NCBI GenBank assembly: GCA_050949565.1 | Contig: JBMNFY010000017.1 | Coordinates: 1,216,001 to 1,280,000, forward strand | Direction of reading: 5' to 3' | Origin: Kiritimatiellia bacterium | GTDB lineage: Bacteria; Verrucomicrobiota; Kiritimatiellia; RFP12; UBA1067 | DNA: 64,000 bases | Shown: positions 40,860 through 51,639 of the stretch, piece after piece | Layout of the letters: each line of letters starts with the position of its first letter | How positions within the stretch are numbered: position 1 is the stretch's first letter | Position numbers and translations under genes: made by a program | The notes under the pieces: generated by a model | What the model saw: the letters and a program-made list of their open reading frames with translations, nothing else | The model's database searches: none | Told to the model about the DNA's origin: nothing

Positions 40860-43800
40860 ATGAACATACCGACCACAAACACCGGCCGTCACAACCGCCT
40901 TCTGAGCTTGACCGTTTTCGCACTCGCAATGTGCATGAGCGCCCGTGGCGCACTCGTCGTTAACGAGGTCTGCTACGACAACTCGATGGTACCCGACGAT
41001 ACCGGCGATACCTCCTCGGACTGGATCGAGTTGTACAACACAGGCCCGGCAGCGGTGAACATCCTGAACTACGGACTGGGCGATGCCAACCCGTATGACG
41101 ATAACAAAGGGGTGCGGCTGCCCAACTACACCATTCCGCCCGGCGGATTCCTCGTGGTCTTTGCCAGCTCGGATCTGCCCGAATACACAGTCTGGACCAA
41201 CGCGCCGGACATCATCGCGATACCCGCCAACTCCGCTTGGCGCTACAACACACCGGCCAGCGCACCGCCCTCAACCTGGAAAGACAGCACTTTCGATGAC
41301 ACCGCATGGGCAAGCGGGATCACGCCGTTGGGCTATAACGACGCAACCCTCAACATGGATTGCGCGACGATCCTGCCATACGGTTCCAACCCCGCAAACC
41401 GCTACCCGACCGCTTACTTCCGCAAGACCTTCAAGATCGTGAACCCGTCCGTCGTGACCGGCCTCGTCGTCCGCGCACGCATCAACGACGGCATGGTCCT
41501 CTATCTCAACGGAGTGGAGCAGAAGCGCATCTACATGCCGGACGGTGCGATCGCTTACTCAACGCTTGCCACGGTGAGTGTACCGCCGACATTCTGGACC
41601 AACATCCTGCTTTCAGCCTCTGGCCTTGTGGCCGGCGATAACGTGCTGGCCGTTGAGACGCACCAAGCCGCAACAGACAGCGTCGACTTGATCATGGACA
41701 TGACCGTCACCGCGCTCGTCGAGGAACAGATGCCGATCGTTCACGGCCAGTTCGGGCTCAAAAAGACCGGCGAGAACGTCCACCTCTTCGATGCCGGATT
41801 GACACGCATCCACAAGTTCGACTCGCCATCCTCAGAGCCTGGCGAGAACAAGACCTACGGACTCGCAGTTGATGGCGTGACCGGCGTTTGTAAAATCTAC
41901 GACCGCCCGACTCCCGGCTTGCCCAACGCAACGTACGCGCAGAAATACTCGGTCGCGCTTTACTCCGAAACGCCGACTTTTTCGGTCGCGCCCGGTTTTT
42001 ATGCCGCCAACCAGTCCGTCGTGCTAAGCACGCCCACGGCCGGCCACAAAATTTACTACACGCTGGACGGCAGTGACCCTTGGGACAGCACCACGTATGT
42101 GTTCAGCGGTGCGGCCATCTCAATCACCGCCGAGGCACCGGCCACCTCCGGCCTCGCGTGGCTGCGCACGAATCCGATTGAGATCGACAGCAGGGTGCCC
42201 GGCACCGCTTGGTTGCCACCGATCGGTAGCATTCCCAAGGCAGTGGTGCTTCGTGCGATCGCCGTCGATAGTATGACCGGCACCACCTGTTCGCCTGAGA
42301 CGCGCGGCACCTACTTCATCGGCCCCTCCTTCACGACCCGCACCCTGCCCACAGTATCGCTCATTACCGACTCCAACAATTTGTTCGGTTTTACCTCGGG
42401 CATCTATGTGCCAGGCAAGTACTACGCCGATTCGCCGACAGGCTACGGCTCAAACAAGTGGGGCAAGCCCAACGCGAATTACCATCAAGACAACGACGAT
42501 GAGGCTTGGGAACGCCCGGTGCAGGTCGAGCTTTTCGAGACCGCACAGAACACCGCCGCCTTTGCCTGCACAGTCGGCATGGCCATGCACGGCGGCGGCA
42601 CGCGCGCCCTCCCGCAAAAGACGCTCTATCTCATCTCCCGCCTCGGCACATACGGCACAAGCCATATCGACTATCAGCTCTTCCCTGACGAGAGCGGCAC
42701 AAGTTACAAGCGCTTCCTGCTACGCAACAGCGGCAACGACTGGTACGGCCCGATGTCCGGCGGCATCGCCACGATGCTCAAAGACGCGGTTTTCCATCGC
42801 ATCGTCAAAAAACTGGACACCTCGGTCATGGCCTATCGCCCCGTCACCGCCTACATCAACGGCGAGTACTGGGGCATCCATAATCTGCGCGAAAGCTTTG
42901 ACAAGCACTACCTCGCCACGCGCTACGGGCTGGACCCCGACAACATGGACATCCTGATGCACGAAGAAGACGCGAAAGACAAGGTCAGAATCACACGCGT
43001 CGACGGCGATAAAAACAGTGACGAAGAGTATGAGGAGTTGATCGACTGGATCGATGTAAACCCGCTCTCCGAGAACATCAATTACGAGCGCGTGCAGACA
43101 GCCGCCGTGTTCACCAACGCACTCGACATTGTGATCACCGGCATCGATGTCACCAACCACGCCGACTACATCATCGCAGAGACGTTCTTCGCCAACACCG
43201 ACTGGCCGATCAACAACTGCGACTTCTGGCGGGCACACACCAACCAGACCGCCACTTGTGGCGCGTTCGGCGACACCCGCTGGCGCTGGATGCTCTACGA
43301 CCTCGACGTCGCCGGCGAAAAGGGCGCGGACTTCAACATGTTCACTTACCTCTCTTCCAAAAAAATGACCGGCCGTCGCGAACCCGGATTTCTGATCAAC
43401 CAGCTTTGGTCGAACTTGAGTTTCCGCAACTACTTCGTGATGCGCTACGCCAATCTGCTCAACACCACCTTCCGCCCCGAGCGCATGACCGCGATCATCG
43501 CCGATGCCACCGACACAATCGCCCCCGAGATCGAGCAACACTTCCGACGCTGGGGCCGCACCTTCACGCAGGCGCAGTGGCGCGCCGCCGTGACCAACGT
43601 GCTGATCGACTTCACCGCCACGCGCCATGCGGTCTCTTGGCAACATCTCGACAGCCACTTCGGCCTAGGTGGGACCGGCACCCTCACGGTGAACAACCAC
43701 GACGCCACGGGTACCGGCGGACGCTTCATCGTCAACGGGATCGACATCACGACCGGCACCGAAGGCGTCACCACGCGCGCCTCTTGGAGCGGCACCTTCT

Positions 43801-44411
43801 TCCGCAACCTGCCGGTCACCGTCGAGGCCGTACCCGACGACGGCTACGCTTTTGACGGCTGGGTCGGCACCGCCGTAGTGAATCCCGCCCCCAGCCTCTT
43901 CGTCGGCGATGCGCCGATCATCCTGACCGCGCGCTTCCGCCCGCTCGACGCACCGGCCTACCAGCCGACCGGCTACGAGCAGTGGCAACTCGCCAACTAC
44001 ATGGAGCAACAGATTCTGGGCACCGGCGAGGCCGCCGCAGACGCGCCGTCAGGTTACGCCGGCATGAGCAACCTTGCGTTGTACGCCTTCGGCATGAGCC
44101 GCTTCGACGGCTTGACCGACGAACAGCGAATCGCCCGCGCCCGCCTCTCCATCCACGCTCAGGACAGTGCGCTCTGGTTGGGTTACACCCGCCTCAACGA
44201 TAGCTTCAGCGATGTGCGCTACACCCTCAAGGTCGCCTCTTCGCTCACCGCGCCTGTGACTTGGAACGACGCCGTCACCGGCCTCGATCTCGACCCCGTG
44301 GCGCTGACCAACATTCTGGATGCCTCGATCTGGTTCTACGAAGTGCGCCTGCCGCAGGCCACGCCAGAGCGGGCCCAGCGTTTCTTCAAGCTGGAGGCAG
44401 AGTTACAGTAA
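40860..44411 (+). CDS. Secreted CotH-family kinase with lamin-tail and Fn3/CHB_HEX-like domains
   Basis: Signal peptide; LVVNEV...SDWIELYN; IYYTLDGSDP; LLRNSGND, YINGEYWGIHNLRE, NTDWPINN, WMLYDLD. Confidence 0.88.
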   Translation: MNIPTTNTGRHNRLLSLTVFALAMCMSARGALVVNEVCYDNSMVPDDTGDTSSDWIELYNTGPAAVNILNYGLGDANPYDDNKGVRLPNYTIPPGGFLVVFASSDLPEYTVWTNAPDIIAIPANSAWRYNTPASAPPSTWKDSTFDDTAWASGITPLGYNDATLNMDCATILPYGSNPANRYPTAYFRKTFKIVNPSVVTGLVVRARINDGMVLYLNGVEQKRIYMPDGAIAYSTLATVSVPPTFWTNILLSASGLVAGDNVLAVETHQAATDSVDLIMDMTVTALVEEQMPIVHGQFGLKKTGENVHLFDAGLTRIHKFDSPSSEPGENKTYGLAVDGVTGVCKIYDRPTPGLPNATYAQKYSVALYSETPTFSVAPGFYAANQSVVLSTPTAGHKIYYTLDGSDPWDSTTYVFSGAAISITAEAPATSGLAWLRTNPIEIDSRVPGTAWLPPIGSIPKAVVLRAIAVDSMTGTTCSPETRGTYFIGPSFTTRTLPTVSLITDSNNLFGFTSGIYVPGKYYADSPTGYGSNKWGKPNANYHQDNDDEAWERPVQVELFETAQNTAAFACTVGMAMHGGGTRALPQKTLYLISRLGTYGTSHIDYQLFPDESGTSYKRFLLRNSGNDWYGPMSGGIATMLKDAVFHRIVKKLDTSVMAYRPVTAYINGEYWGIHNLRESFDKHYLATRYGLDPDNMDILMHEEDAKDKVRITRVDGDKNSDEEYEELIDWIDVNPLSENINYERVQTAAVFTNALDIVITGIDVTNHADYIIAETFFANTDWPINNCDFWRAHTNQTATCGAFGDTRWRWMLYDLDVAGEKGADFNMFTYLSSKKMTGRREPGFLINQLWSNLSFRNYFVMRYANLLNTTFRPERMTAIIADATDTIAPEIEQHFRRWGRTFTQAQWRAAVTNVLIDFTATRHAVSWQHLDSHFGLGGTGTLTVNNHDATGTGGRFIVNGIDITTGTEGVTTRASWSGTFFRNLPVTVEAVPDDGYAFDGWVGTAVVNPAPSLFVGDAPIILTARFRPLDAPAYQPTGYEQWQLANYMEQQILGTGEAAADAPSGYAGMSNLALYAFGMSRFDGLTDEQRIARARLSIHAQDSALWLGYTRLNDSFSDVRYTLKVASSLTAPVTWNDAVTGLDLDPVALTNILDASIWFYEVRLPQATPERAQRFFKLEAELQ

Positions 44412-44421
44412 TGCCCACGGT

Positions 44422-47033
44422 TTATGGGGCGGCTATAAGGTCTATCCAGAAAGAGCGTTTGATGCGCAGGAGCCTGAATTCCGGATTGTTTTCCGACAGC
44501 AGGTAATGGCCCATCCCCTCCGGAAATTTAGCAAAATCCGGATGACGCACCTGAGTCACCACGCCCGCGAACGAGGCGCGCATTGACCTGTGCACCAGCC
44601 TCCTGCCGTTGTCGTAATCGTAATACTGGTTGAACCTGCCTTTGTAGATGCCGGTCATAGGCGAATAGCTCAACGTTGCAAGTGCGCTGTTAGCGCCTAT
44701 GTAGACGTAAGCGTCGCCATCCTTCACCGGCCTGATCCCCTTCTCGATCACAAGGCGTGTTCCCGTCGACATCACCGACACCGCGTACGGCAGCGCCTCA
44801 TATTGCGGCAGCACCGCGCTGCCGGACACATAGTAGGCGACATCGTTAGTTTGCGCACACAGCCAGTATTCGGTGGCCGGTAGCACCGCGCCTTTGCCGA
44901 AGTATCCGCCGCACGGCATAAGCAACGCCTCAAAACCGTCCGGTCCGCTGCCGGGCTTGTCCCAGCGCACGAACCAATCTTCTGACCAGTCCGTATCCAC
45001 AACACCCGTGTTCGGAGCGATCCAAAGCATAGCGCCAATTCCCCCTGCTCGTCTGTACAACGGCTGGAAGAACGGCACGCTTGCCATGCTGCCGTAATCA
45101 CCGAACAGCAGCAGCGTTGATGCCTGCGACACTCTGGTACCGTCCGCCAGCACGCCGGCGATCCTGACGCTTCCCCGAAGTCCTACGGTCATCGTCAAAT
45201 ACCCGCTGCCCTGCGGCTCTTCTTGCGCGGCCCCGTACGACAGTACATCATAAGGGTACAGTGAAACCGTGTAATACCCCCTCAGCCGCGCTAGATCGGC
45301 CTGAGCGTAATTGTCCTCACGATCAGCGAACACATGGTAGGCAGCCTCAATGAGTACTTCTTCGTTCCCCAGCGAACCACCCGACAGACGGCCGTACGCC
45401 ATAATCCAGTTGACCCAAAGCTCAAGAGTCTCGCCGCTCGACCTCTGCATACGGACATAGTAATCGTTGTCTTCCGTCACGCCCTGCCAACCCGTCGCCC
45501 TAAAGCTCAGCGAGCGTCCCTGCAGTACAACCTTCGCCGTGATCCGTCCGCGCTTGGTTATGTTCATTGAGAAGGTGCCACACACATCCGGCAAGGGCTC
45601 TCCGCCCCCAAACCTTTTGTCACGAAAAACCACGCCGGGGTAGGTGCCGAAAGGTCCGATGAGTTCAGGTTGTTGCGGCGTTCCGTTACCGGTGAGCCAG
45701 CCCTTAATCGCTTTATACGTGACATCGAAACGCCCGAAAGCGTCGATGCCTCCGCCCGTCTCACACGATGAACTCCCACCCACAAGCTGCCCGATCAGCT
45801 TCCCTGTCGCATCGAAGAGCGGTGCGCCACTACTGCCCGGCTCCGTCACGCCGTCCGTAAAATTCACGAACCAAAAATCTGGATCAATCGCGTCCAGCTT
45901 GCTGAAACTGATTCGTTTGTAAGCGCCGTCTGGGTGATGGATACAGGTGAGCGTTTCGGTATACGACGGCCTGCTCGTCGACCACCCGACATAGGTGGCG
46001 CCATCCGGTGACGGCGAGCGCAAACGCAGCAACGCAAAGTCATTGCCCGTCTCGTAGGTCTGTCCCGCGAGATAATCGGCGCCACCCTCCGTGACGGTCA
46101 CGGCGGCCAGCGATGGAGGCGCACCGTTGCAAGTCGCCGTCTGGAAAAACCAGTAGAACTCGGTATCGCTGGCCTGGCTCTGGTTGGCGACGCAGTGCGT
46201 CCCTGTCAAAAAGAAATCAACCCATGTGCTATCATCCAGATCGTTCGCAGGCACCCCGTGCAATAGAGATAGTTCGCTTCATAAAAGACCCCAATGCCTG
46301 CAACCCCCCGAGAAGCAGCGTCCCACCCCGGGTAGCAACTCACGTCATTGTGGCAATTTCCCTCCTTGAGCCTTATCGTGCCGGGCGTCCGATAGAGATG
46401 GACCACCTTCCCAATCGAAAACGCGGCGCGCGTAGGGTCGCTTCCCCGTGGCACCCAACACTCTACTGTTACCGTTTGCGCAAAAAGCGCCCCGGACCAA
46501 AACGCCTCGCGATTTCTCATGCTGACGCTGTTATACGGTCCCCGCACAACTGTCGGGTCCTCGGTGTCGAACACCCTGATCTCGCAGCCTTCCGGCAACT
46601 CAACATCCTCGAAATGGACGCGTATCCCATGCGCACCATCGGCACGGAGGGTCGTACACCACACACGCGAACCATCCGCCAGCACCGACCATCCGCCGAG
46701 CGACGCCGGAGCCGCTGATCCTCGCGCCGTGATGCGGTTCGGTAGCTGGCGCACCACACCGATCCGCAATGCTTTTTCGCCCGCCGCAACGGCTTCGGCA
46801 TCCTCCGCCGCAAGTGTCTGCAAGTCCAGTGCTTCAAGCACTATTTGGGGCTCGCACTCCCACTGTCCGGCGGCAAAAGAGTGCGGGAGCGATGGCAAGG
46901 CCTTTGGCACCATCGCCATCGGCCGCACAGCCGACGGTACGGAGATTCCGGATTCGCCCGCTCCGCTACTCAGAACCACCGACAGTGTCACAAGCCCCAC
47001 AACCCCGTTTCCTATCCACCACCGCATTTTCAT
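44422..47033 (-). CDS. Secreted trypsin-like (lysyl endopeptidase-like) serine protease; frameshift near 46246
   Basis: Pro-domain then CTGCL|NDL...LTGTHC (His), DFALL (Asp), IHHP, TEPGSSGAP (Ser). Confidence 0.8.
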
Positions 47034-47117
47034 TTGTCTACCCTTTCCACGACGGCATTCTACATGCCCATCCCTCAATTTTCCGGCCTCAGAAACCAAC
47101 AGGTTCGCGTAGCCCCA

Positions 47118-47146
47118 AGTATGCCACTGCATAGTAATAACGTCAA
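47118..47146 (-). promoter_or_regulatory. Candidate sigma70 promoter
   Basis: TTGACG-N17-CATACT upstream of the protease gene. Confidence 0.45.
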
Positions 47147-47296
47147 TCCGCGCGGTTTATTGTTTGGACTTTTGGGTTGATCAGTCGGATCGGCCTGAAT
47201 CAGTCGGATCTTCTTTGTGGCAAGCGGCAGAAAGCGGGATTGTCATGCCCTTCCAGGGCTGATACCATTCCGGTCTATAAATTCCTTGTAAACGTC

Positions 47297-48229
47297 ATGA
47301 GTAGCGCTGTCCTTAGTTCTATCCTGCCTGTCTGCCTGCTGATGCTGCTGGGCGCGGCGCTACGTCGATTCGGATTCCTGCCGGATCTGTTTTTCGCGCA
47401 ACTGAACCGTCTGGGCTTCTGGATACTCCTACCCTCGTTGCTGTTTTGCACCATCCAGCGGGCACCGCAAGCCGCCAGTGGCGACGGTATACGCGTCGGG
47501 CTCCTGCTCTGTGCCTGTTCGCTGGCCGTGACGGCGGCGGCCTGGCTGGCAGCCCGCGCCATGCGACTCCCCGGTGCTTCGGCGCGCGCACTGATGCAGG
47601 CGGCCATGCGCGGCAATCTGGCTTACACCGCCCTGCCGGTCATCCTGTATGCCTTTGGCGAAAACAGCCAAATGGCGGCAGTCGCCACGTTCGCACTCGC
47701 GCCGGCCATTCCGTTCTATAACTTTTGGGCGGTGGTGATTCTCACCTCGGCTCCGACGGACACCGCACGCGGAAGTCGAAGAGTGCGCGCATTGTTCGCA
47801 GTGCTGAGGAACCCGCTGATCATCGGTTGCCTGCTCGGCGCACTGGCGTGGAAAAGCGGTGTCCCGCTGCCGCAGGGCATCCTGAATGCTGTCACCGCGC
47901 TCGGCAATGCCGCCCTGCCGTGCGCACTGTTGGCACTGGGTGCCGGCTTGACGCCCGCACGTCTGCGCGCCCAATTCCGCCCGGCCTTGGTCGGCACCGC
48001 GCTGAAACTCCTCCTGATGCCTGCCTTCGGTTACCTGTTCGCATGCGCCGCAGGCTTCAACCGCGAGCTGACCTTGGTTGCCCTGCTTTTTCTGGCTAGT
48101 CCCTGTGCGGTCACCTCCTACGTGATGGCCGATCAAATGGGGGCGGACAAAGAACTCGCCGGTTCAGCTATCGTCCTCAGTACACTGCTGTGCCTGCCCG
48201 TCATGGCTGTTCTGTTGCTGGTGTTTTAA
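47297..48229 (+). CDS. AEC (auxin efflux carrier) family transporter
   Basis: LPSLLF, RGNLAYTALP, NPLIIG, LKLLLMP, SPCAVTSYVMA. Confidence 0.88.
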   Translation: MSSAVLSSILPVCLLMLLGAALRRFGFLPDLFFAQLNRLGFWILLPSLLFCTIQRAPQAASGDGIRVGLLLCACSLAVTAAAWLAARAMRLPGASARALMQAAMRGNLAYTALPVILYAFGENSQMAAVATFALAPAIPFYNFWAVVILTSAPTDTARGSRRVRALFAVLRNPLIIGCLLGALAWKSGVPLPQGILNAVTALGNAALPCALLALGAGLTPARLRAQFRPALVGTALKLLLMPAFGYLFACAAGFNRELTLVALLFLASPCAVTSYVMADQMGADKELAGSAIVLSTLLCLPVMAVLLLVF

Positions 48230-48230
48230 T

Positions 48231-51200
48231 CTACAGATCGCGCAACGCATCGGGATCGAAGCGCCGTGCGGCGGCGCGCGCCGCGCACCAGACGCAACCG
48301 ACGGCACAAAGCACCAGCACAAGAATCGCGACCGCCATCGTCCGCCATGGCAACGCGCCGCCCAGTGAACGCGCCGCCGGTTGGATCGCCACCAAGGCCG
48401 ACAGGATGCCGGACACCAGTCCCGCCATCACCAGCACCCCGTATTCTGCGGCCAGCAGACGCACTACACTCCGCCGCGCCACACCGACCGCCGCCAGCAG
48501 GGCAAATTCACTGCGGCGCTCCTCCACACCGCGCAGGATCACCAGCGACAATCCGGCCGTACCCAGCAGCAGCCCGAGCGCACCCAGCACCAGAAACAGA
48601 TCCAGATAACTCGCCTCCATCGCACCCAACATGCGCAACCGCTCCTCCACGGTTTCGATCGTCACTCCCGGCACCGGGTGGCGCAACACGGCGGCTTGCG
48701 CGCGCTGTTCGGCAGTCGGACGCCGGGTCACGTCCGTCGCTTCGCGCAAAGCGTAAGGCGCATAGTCGCAGAGCCACATCCGATAACCTTCTTCAGGGGA
48801 CATCTGCGCAAAGAATTGTTCGTCGATAATCAGCGCGCCCTGCAGGATGCCGCTGCGCACCGGCAATGCGCCCACGATCCGCACACGCCACGGCGTGCCG
48901 TCGCTCCCGGCGTAGGTGATGACCGCGCCATCGGTGACTCCCGCCCGAGTCTTGAGACTGTATTGCAGCATCGCCCGGTCGGCCGCCAGTGCCGGGATCG
49001 TGCCATCCGGTAGCGGTTGTTCGAGCGGCGACCAGACGCCGCCCGCCTCGCGCGGTTCGAATGCCCGCGCTCGCGCCATGACGCGCGCCTCGAGGCCCAA
49101 CAACTGCGGCGTTTGCGGTGCGTTCATGTTGAGGCATCCGGCCTCGTCGCCCTCCCGCATACGCACTGGAACAATGCCTTCCGCACCGCTTATTGCATGC
49201 GCCAGTTCTAGGCCGCGTGTGCGATCCAGCGACACTGCCGAGGTGACGATCGCACGGAAACCGCCGCTACCAGACCACGGATGCTCGCTGCCGGCTGCAG
49301 GATCATGCCGCATCGCGAAAATCCCGACCGACAAAAAGAGCCCCACTGCCAACAAAATCACCACCGGCGCACTGCGGCGCGGTATCGCCAGTGCCCGCGC
49401 CACGCCCGCCGCCACCGGCGACTGCACCGCCGACCGTCCGGCAGCGACGCGCCGCCATGCCTCGCCCATCGAGACCAAGAACAGCATGATTGACACCATC
49501 AGCAGGAACCCGGCACCGAAGAACGCCCCGTTCGCAGCCGCCCCCTCCGGACCCCACACCACGATCGCGATCACCGCCAGCGCCAACACACCGCCGACGA
49601 CGCTCTTAGCAGACGCCGACAAACGGTTGTTGCGCGTTTTTTTAACGCAGAGACGCGGAGACGCAGAGGTTTTGCAAAACCCCTCGTGGCATGGGCGTCC
49701 CGCCCATGAAACACGGGCAAGATGCCCGTGCCACACCTGCTCCCGACTCTCTGCCCCCCCTTTCACCAGAAACGCATTGTCTTCGCACCGCCACACCGCC
49801 GTGGGCAGACTCGACGCATAGCGCCGTGTGACGTGCAGCAGCACCAACAGGGTCAAGCCAGCACTGATTGCGGCAGCCAGCAACGCCGCCGGCATGGAGA
49901 AGATGAAGAGCGGTTCAGCACCGGCGAAGGCATCGCGCCAGAAACGGCCCAGACTCCACACAAGTGCGCGGGCGAGCAACGCCCCGCCCGCAGCCCCCAC
50001 CACGGTGCCCACGCAAAGCGGTACGCTCCACTCCGCCACCAAGACCAGTATCACACGATTGCGACGCCACCCCAGCGCACGAAAGAGCGCGATCTCATCC
50101 TTACGCGTTTCGAGCGCCAACGCCAGCGAGAGCCCGACCAGCAACAACGACGCGGCCATCACGATAAAAGCCATGCCGACAAAGAGCAGCCGAAAATCGG
50201 TGGTGCCGCGTGCGGCGGCGAGCCCCTCTTCCCAGATGGGACGCACCTGAAATCCGAGTCGCGTCGGCGGGACGCCTTTGAGAGCCGTGCGCACCGCCGC
50301 TTCGTCCGCCGCCACACTCAAGCACATGGCGTCGCCGAAGACCGTACCGAACGCCGTCTTACCGGTCGCGTGCGTGAAAAAGAGTTTCGGCGTTTCGCGC
50401 CACGCCTTCCAATAGGCCTCGTTCGCGGCATCGTTCAGTTGCTCCTCATCCAACGGCAGGCCGACATCCCAATCCGCACAACTGTCCACGTTCTCAAGTC
50501 CCGGAAACACGGGCATCGCGCGGCGCGCTGTCGTGGCTGTCTCCATCGGGATCACGCCACGCACGCGGAAGGTATCTTGCGTCTCGACCAGCCGACCGCC
50601 CGCTTCAAAACGACGCCAACTCACCGTCACCTCCGCATCGGTGGTGACGCCCAGCGTCTCGGCCAGCCACGCATTGATCACGATCTCGTCGTCGCGCAAA
50701 TCGCGCGGAACGAGCGCACCATCCGGCGTGACCGCCGCCACAAAGCCATACGGCGTGCCGCGTTCCCCCGCCGTGAACGCATCCGCCAAATGATAGGTCG
50801 CGGCACCGACCTTCAGTCCCGCCTGCTCCAACGCCTCACGCAGACCGGGCGGCAGAAACACACGGCGGCTCCTGATCACTGTGACTGTCTCTCCCGCCTC
50901 GGATTTCTGTTCTTCGATCTCCAACCCGCACGCTTCGGGCGTCAGCGTTTGTGCTAATGCACGTTCCAATTCCTGCGGCGACAGAGCGGAGAGCAGCAGG
51001 TTGGCCATCTTCGGCTCACCTACACTTGCCGCCAACGTATCCAGCGGAACGAAGAGATTCACAGGCGGTAACGACGCGGGGCGCAACGCAAAATCGGCGG
51101 GAAGCAGCGTGGTGTTCAGCGGGAGCGGAACGGATGACGGAGCAGACGCCAGATGGCGGCGGACAAGGCGCGACTCCTTCACCTGACCGAGCGGGAGTTC

Positions 51201-51638
51201 CGCCGCATGGAGCGTCGGCTTCACAAAACGCACCGCGCCTTCGGCTCCGCGCAACAGGTCGCGCGCCCGGTCGTTCAGCGTGGCTCGGAACTCTGCGCCT
51301 CCCGTTTCCTGATCACTGTACAGACCGATGATCTGCGCATCAGACGCACACACCGCGCCTTTTGCCGTCAACAACTCACCCCGCAACAGCAACGCGGCTT
51401 CTGTGTTGGGTAGGCGTTGCGCGAGGTCTGCCGGAAAGACCCCTTCGGCAAGCAGTACAGCAGAACGTGCGGCACCGAGACGGGCGTGCAGACGAGCGCG
51501 CAGACCGGCCTGCAACGATTCACCAGTCAGCAACGCGGCACCCAGTACCGCGGCGGTCAGCGCGGCCGTAGCCGCAAAGACGCCGTGCCGGGCGCGATAG
51601 TACCGCAGGCTGCGTTTGACCCAAGTTCCGGTTGTCAT
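48231..51638 (-). CDS. FtsX/MacB-like ABC transporter permease with an in-frame repeat insertion
   Basis: Two FtsX domains (RKDEIALFRALGW; ERRSEFALLAAVG). Confidence 0.85.
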   Translation of the reverse strand: MTTGTWVKRSLRYYRARHGVFAATAALTAAVLGAALLTGESLQAGLRARLHARLGAARSAVLLAEGVFPADLAQRLPNTEAALLLRGELLTAKGAVCASDAQIIGLYSDQETGGAEFRATLNDRARDLLRGAEGAVRFVKPTLHAAELPLGQVKESRLVRRHLASAPSSVPLPLNTTLLPADFALRPASLPPVNLFVPLDTLAASVGEPKMANLLLSALSPQELERALAQTLTPEACGLEIEEQKSEAGETVTVIRSRRVFLPPGLREALEQAGLKVGAATYHLADAFTAGERGTPYGFVAAVTPDGALVPRDLRDDEIVINAWLAETLGVTTDAEVTVSWRRFEAGGRLVETQDTFRVRGVIPMETATTARRAMPVFPGLENVDSCADWDVGLPLDEEQLNDAANEAYWKAWRETPKLFFTHATGKTAFGTVFGDAMCLSVAADEAAVRTALKGVPPTRLGFQVRPIWEEGLAAARGTTDFRLLFVGMAFIVMAASLLLVGLSLALALETRKDEIALFRALGWRRNRVILVLVAEWSVPLCVGTVVGAAGGALLARALVWSLGRFWRDAFAGAEPLFIFSMPAALLAAAISAGLTLLVLLHVTRRYASSLPTAVWRCEDNAFLVKGGAESREQVWHGHLARVSWAGRPCHEGFCKTSASPRLCVKKTRNNRLSASAKSVVGGVLALAVIAIVVWGPEGAAANGAFFGAGFLLMVSIMLFLVSMGEAWRRVAAGRSAVQSPVAAGVARALAIPRRSAPVVILLAVGLFLSVGIFAMRHDPAAGSEHPWSGSGGFRAIVTSAVSLDRTRGLELAHAISGAEGIVPVRMREGDEAGCLNMNAPQTPQLLGLEARVMARARAFEPREAGGVWSPLEQPLPDGTIPALAADRAMLQYSLKTRAGVTDGAVITYAGSDGTPWRVRIVGALPVRSGILQGALIIDEQFFAQMSPEEGYRMWLCDYAPYALREATDVTRRPTAEQRAQAAVLRHPVPGVTIETVEERLRMLGAMEASYLDLFLVLGALGLLLGTAGLSLVILRGVEERRSEFALLAAVGVARRSVVRLLAAEYGVLVMAGLVSGILSALVAIQPAARSLGGALPWRTMAVAILVLVLCAVGCVWCAARAAARRFDPDALRDL
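49645..49788. repeat. REPIN/MITE-like element inside a CDS
   Basis: 68 bp identical to 31234-31301; flanks match ~51656 and ~51948-51997. Confidence 0.85.
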
Positions 51639-51639
51639 T

